Assembly: GCA_013202895.1 (NCBI GenBank) | Contig: JABMPR010000256.1 | Location: 1-59,207, forward strand | DNA: 59,207 bases | Direction: 5' to 3' | Origin: a bacterium | Lineage (GTDB): Bacteria; Fidelibacterota; UBA8477; JABMPR01 | Shown: piece after piece, positions 57,015 to 59,207 of the stretch | How the letters are laid out: every line of letters starts with the position of its first letter | Numbering within the stretch: position 1 is the stretch's first letter | The notes under the pieces: generated by a model | Seen by the model: the letters and a program-made list of their open reading frames with translations, nothing else | The model's database searches: none | What the model was told of the DNA's origin: nothing | Program-made: the position numbers and the translations under genes

Positions 57015-59207
57015 ATGATGAACGATAAATTATACCCTGTATCCATTCAGCACCTGGTGAGCTGGATGCTGGCAGAGCTTAAATCGGATCAACTTTTCGG
57101 CATTCCCAGAGAGCTCTTTTTCGAACCGAAACGTTCAGATCCATTTTGCATGAACCGGTACGGACAAAGGCTTGAAACACCTATAGGGGTGGCAGCCGGA
57201 CCACATACTCAACTCTCCCAGAATATCATTGCTGCCTGGTTATGTGGGTCCCGCTATATGGAACTTAAGACGGTTCAAACGCTTGATGAATTAGAAGTCA
57301 GCAAACCCTGTATTGACATGCAGGATGAGGGTTATAATTGTGAGTGGTCCCAGGAGCTCAAATTAAAACAATCCCTCGATGAATATCTTAACGCCTGGAT
57401 TGCTATCCATCTTCTTCGTCATCACTTTGCTTGGGAATCAGACCAGGGACCAGGTGTTATTTTTAATATGAGTGTAGGCTATGATCTGGCTGGCATATTG
57501 AAACCAAATGTCCAGCATTTTATGGCTCGAATGGATAACAGTCAGGACCTTTTGGATCAGAAATTGGATCTCTTAACAAAGATTTACCCCCCTGTAAAGG
57601 ACTTAAAAATCCCGGCTCGTATGACAGACAATATTACCCTCTCAACCATGCATGGTTGTCCCCCTGATGAAATCCAGCGTATTGCCAACTATTTAATTAC
57701 AGAAAAAAAACTGCACACGGCTGTCAAACTCAATCCGACTCTTTTAGGGTCAAATCAACTACGTCAAATATTGAATCATGATCTGGGGTTTGATTCGGTC
57801 CAAGTCCCAGATGAAGCATTTGATCATGACCTCAAATATCCTGAGGCAGTTAAGCTTATCAAAAGCTTGCAGACCGATGCCAAAAATAGCGGTGTAGAAT
57901 TTGGTTTGAAACTGACCAACACATTGGAGGTGGAGAATCATCGCCCGGTGTTTCCGGAGCAGGAAAGCATGATGTATCTCAGCGGTCGAGCCCTGCACCC
58001 CATCAGTATCAATCTGGCGGCAAAACTTCAGCAAGAATTCAATGGTGCCCTGGATATTTCCTTTTCTGCAGGGGCTGATGCTTTCAATGTTTCGGATTCG
58101 CTTGCCTGTAATATGCGACCCATCACCACCTGTACCGATGTCCTTAAGCCAGGCGGTTATTCTCGCCTCGGACAATATCTGAGCCGGCTCTCAGCGGATA
58201 TGCTCGAAGACAACGCGCAAAGCATAGATGAATTCATAATTGGACGGGATGAATCAGCCCGGGATTTATCACAGGCAGGATTGAATAATTTGATAGATTA
58301 TGCAGAACGAGTCATTCAAAATCCACGCTATCATAAGCACAATCATCATTTTGATTCAATAAAAACAGCCCGTAAGCTGAATGCCTTTGATTGTATTGCA
58401 GCACCCTGTGTTGATCTGTGTGCGATTAACCAGGATATTCCAGAATATCTCCATTACACGGCTCAAGCTGATTTCAAACAAGCCTTTGCTGCTATTCAAG
58501 ATACCAATCCCCTCCCAGGTGTAACGGGACATGTTTGTGATCATCTGTGTCAATTGAAATGTACCCGCAATAATTATGATTCACCGCTTCTGATTCGAGA
58601 AATCAAACGTTTTGTTACTGAACGGGAAATTGATAAACAGCCCACTACATCCGCGAAGACCACCAACCACAAAATTGCTGTTATCGGAGCGGGGCCCGCT
58701 GGCTTGTCCTGTGCTTATTTTCTGGCAAAAGCAGGAGTCGGTGTCAGTGTATATGAAGCCAAACCATTCTCCGGCGGCATGGCATCCGATGCAATTCCAG
58801 AATTCAGGTTATCGGATGATGTAATCAATCTGGACACCGGCGTGCTCGAAAAGCTGGGGGTGCGTTTTAATTATGGCGCTCGGATTGATAAAAATACTTT
58901 TAAAGATCTCCAAAAAGATTACACCCATGTATTTATCGGTGTGGGCGCTCAAAAAGCGTTAACCATGGGGGTGGCAGGTGAGGAGCTTGCAGGTGTTTTA
59001 GATCCTTTGCGCTTTCTATCCGAAATCCGGCAGGGCAGTCGACCCGCGTTAGGTAATAATGTTGCTATAATCGGTGGTGGAAATACTGCCATGGATGCCG
59101 CTCGCACAGCGCTTCGATTGTCAGGTGGGTTGGGTAATGTAAATATTTTATATCGCCGTACGAAAGCAGAGATGCCAGCGGATATTTATGAAATCGAAGC
59201 TGCGCTG
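57015..59207 (+). CDS. ygfK: YgfK-like iron-sulfur flavoprotein (DPD/GltD-like), 5' partial; open to the window end
   Basis: Manual translation from ATG 57015 gives 731 codons with no stop, which is why the ORF track lacks it. MMNDKLYPVSIQHLVSWMLAE...GVAAGPHTQLSQNIIAAWLCGSRYMELKTVQ...FNMSVGYDL...STMHGCPPDEI...VKLNPTLLG...GHVCDHLCQLKCTR...KIAVIGAGPAGLSCAYFLAKAG closely parallels E. coli YgfK as I recall it. Confidence 0.85.
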   Translation, partial: MMNDKLYPVSIQHLVSWMLAELKSDQLFGIPRELFFEPKRSDPFCMNRYGQRLETPIGVAAGPHTQLSQNIIAAWLCGSRYMELKTVQTLDELEVSKPCIDMQDEGYNCEWSQELKLKQSLDEYLNAWIAIHLLRHHFAWESDQGPGVIFNMSVGYDLAGILKPNVQHFMARMDNSQDLLDQKLDLLTKIYPPVKDLKIPARMTDNITLSTMHGCPPDEIQRIANYLITEKKLHTAVKLNPTLLGSNQLRQILNHDLGFDSVQVPDEAFDHDLKYPEAVKLIKSLQTDAKNSGVEFGLKLTNTLEVENHRPVFPEQESMMYLSGRALHPISINLAAKLQQEFNGALDISFSAGADAFNVSDSLACNMRPITTCTDVLKPGGYSRLGQYLSRLSADMLEDNAQSIDEFIIGRDESARDLSQAGLNNLIDYAERVIQNPRYHKHNHHFDSIKTARKLNAFDCIAAPCVDLCAINQDIPEYLHYTAQADFKQAFAAIQDTNPLPGVTGHVCDHLCQLKCTRNNYDSPLLIREIKRFVTEREIDKQPTTSAKTTNHKIAVIGAGPAGLSCAYFLAKAGVGVSVYEAKPFSGGMASDAIPEFRLSDDVINLDTGVLEKLGVRFNYGARIDKNTFKDLQKDYTHVFIGVGAQKALTMGVAGEELAGVLDPLRFLSEIRQGSRPALGNNVAIIGGGNTAMDAARTALRLSGGLGNVNILYRRTKAEMPADIYEIEAAL

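Noticed and set aside
1-59207. Global stop-codon reassignment (TGA or TAG as a sense codon) to explain the in-frame stops
   Set aside because: TGA ends aroB (723..725) and the radical SAM gene (10979..10981). TAG ends the genes at 43414 and 44129. All of these have family-typical lengths, so the organism uses the standard code.
1-59207. Mobile elements, CRISPR arrays, defence islands
   Set aside because: I recognised no transposase, integrase, recombinase, phage structural gene, restriction-modification or Cas-like protein in any ORF. I saw no regularly spaced direct repeats. Coding density and operon structure look like core chromosome.

Overview
This 59.2-kb window looks like core chromosome of a bacterium using the standard code: TGA, TAG and TAA all end well-supported genes. 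I saw no transposase, integrase, phage gene, CRISPR array or rRNA. All family calls come from motifs I recognise by eye, since no searches were run. Two secreted proteins end in T9SS-type C-terminal sorting domains, which suggests an FCB-superphylum-like or Marinimicrobia-like uncultivated lineage (weak inference).

Content from left to right:
- A truncated tRNA at the left edge.
- A tightly coupled minus-strand aromatic amino acid operon: tyrA/PDT fusion, DAHP synthase, aroA, aroE, aroC, aroK, aroB, marC.
- The AmmeMemoRadiSam trio.
- A four-gene maturation operon for a selenium-dependent molybdenum hydroxylase (yqeC, ygfJ/mocA, yqeB, xdhC).
- An XRE regulator with a coupled small membrane gene, and an MFS transporter.
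- A SelW/Rdx-like selenoprotein gene with an in-frame TGA and a SECIS-like hairpin, which the ORF track misses.
- A cell-wall remodelling trio: PD40 propeller, T9SS-tailed amidase, MltB-like transglycosylase.
- Housekeeping genes: MscS, AlkA-like glycosylase, M16 peptidase, pntAA-AB-B.
- A giant lamin-tail-domain surface protein split from its sorting domain by one in-frame TGA.
- A CysK-like enzyme, msrBA, and a Rieske/GltS-like fusion.
- From about 45 kb to the right edge, an anaerobic purine catabolism cluster of the E. coli ygeW-ygfK-ssnA-xdhD type. It carries ade, the XDH Mo subunit, ssnA, ygeY, ygeW, two unusual PLP enzymes, the XDH 2Fe-2S and FAD subunits, and an edge-truncated ygfK that is also absent from the ORF track.

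The most interesting theme is selenium. Sec decoding and the labile-Se molybdenum cofactor trait both appear in this one window.
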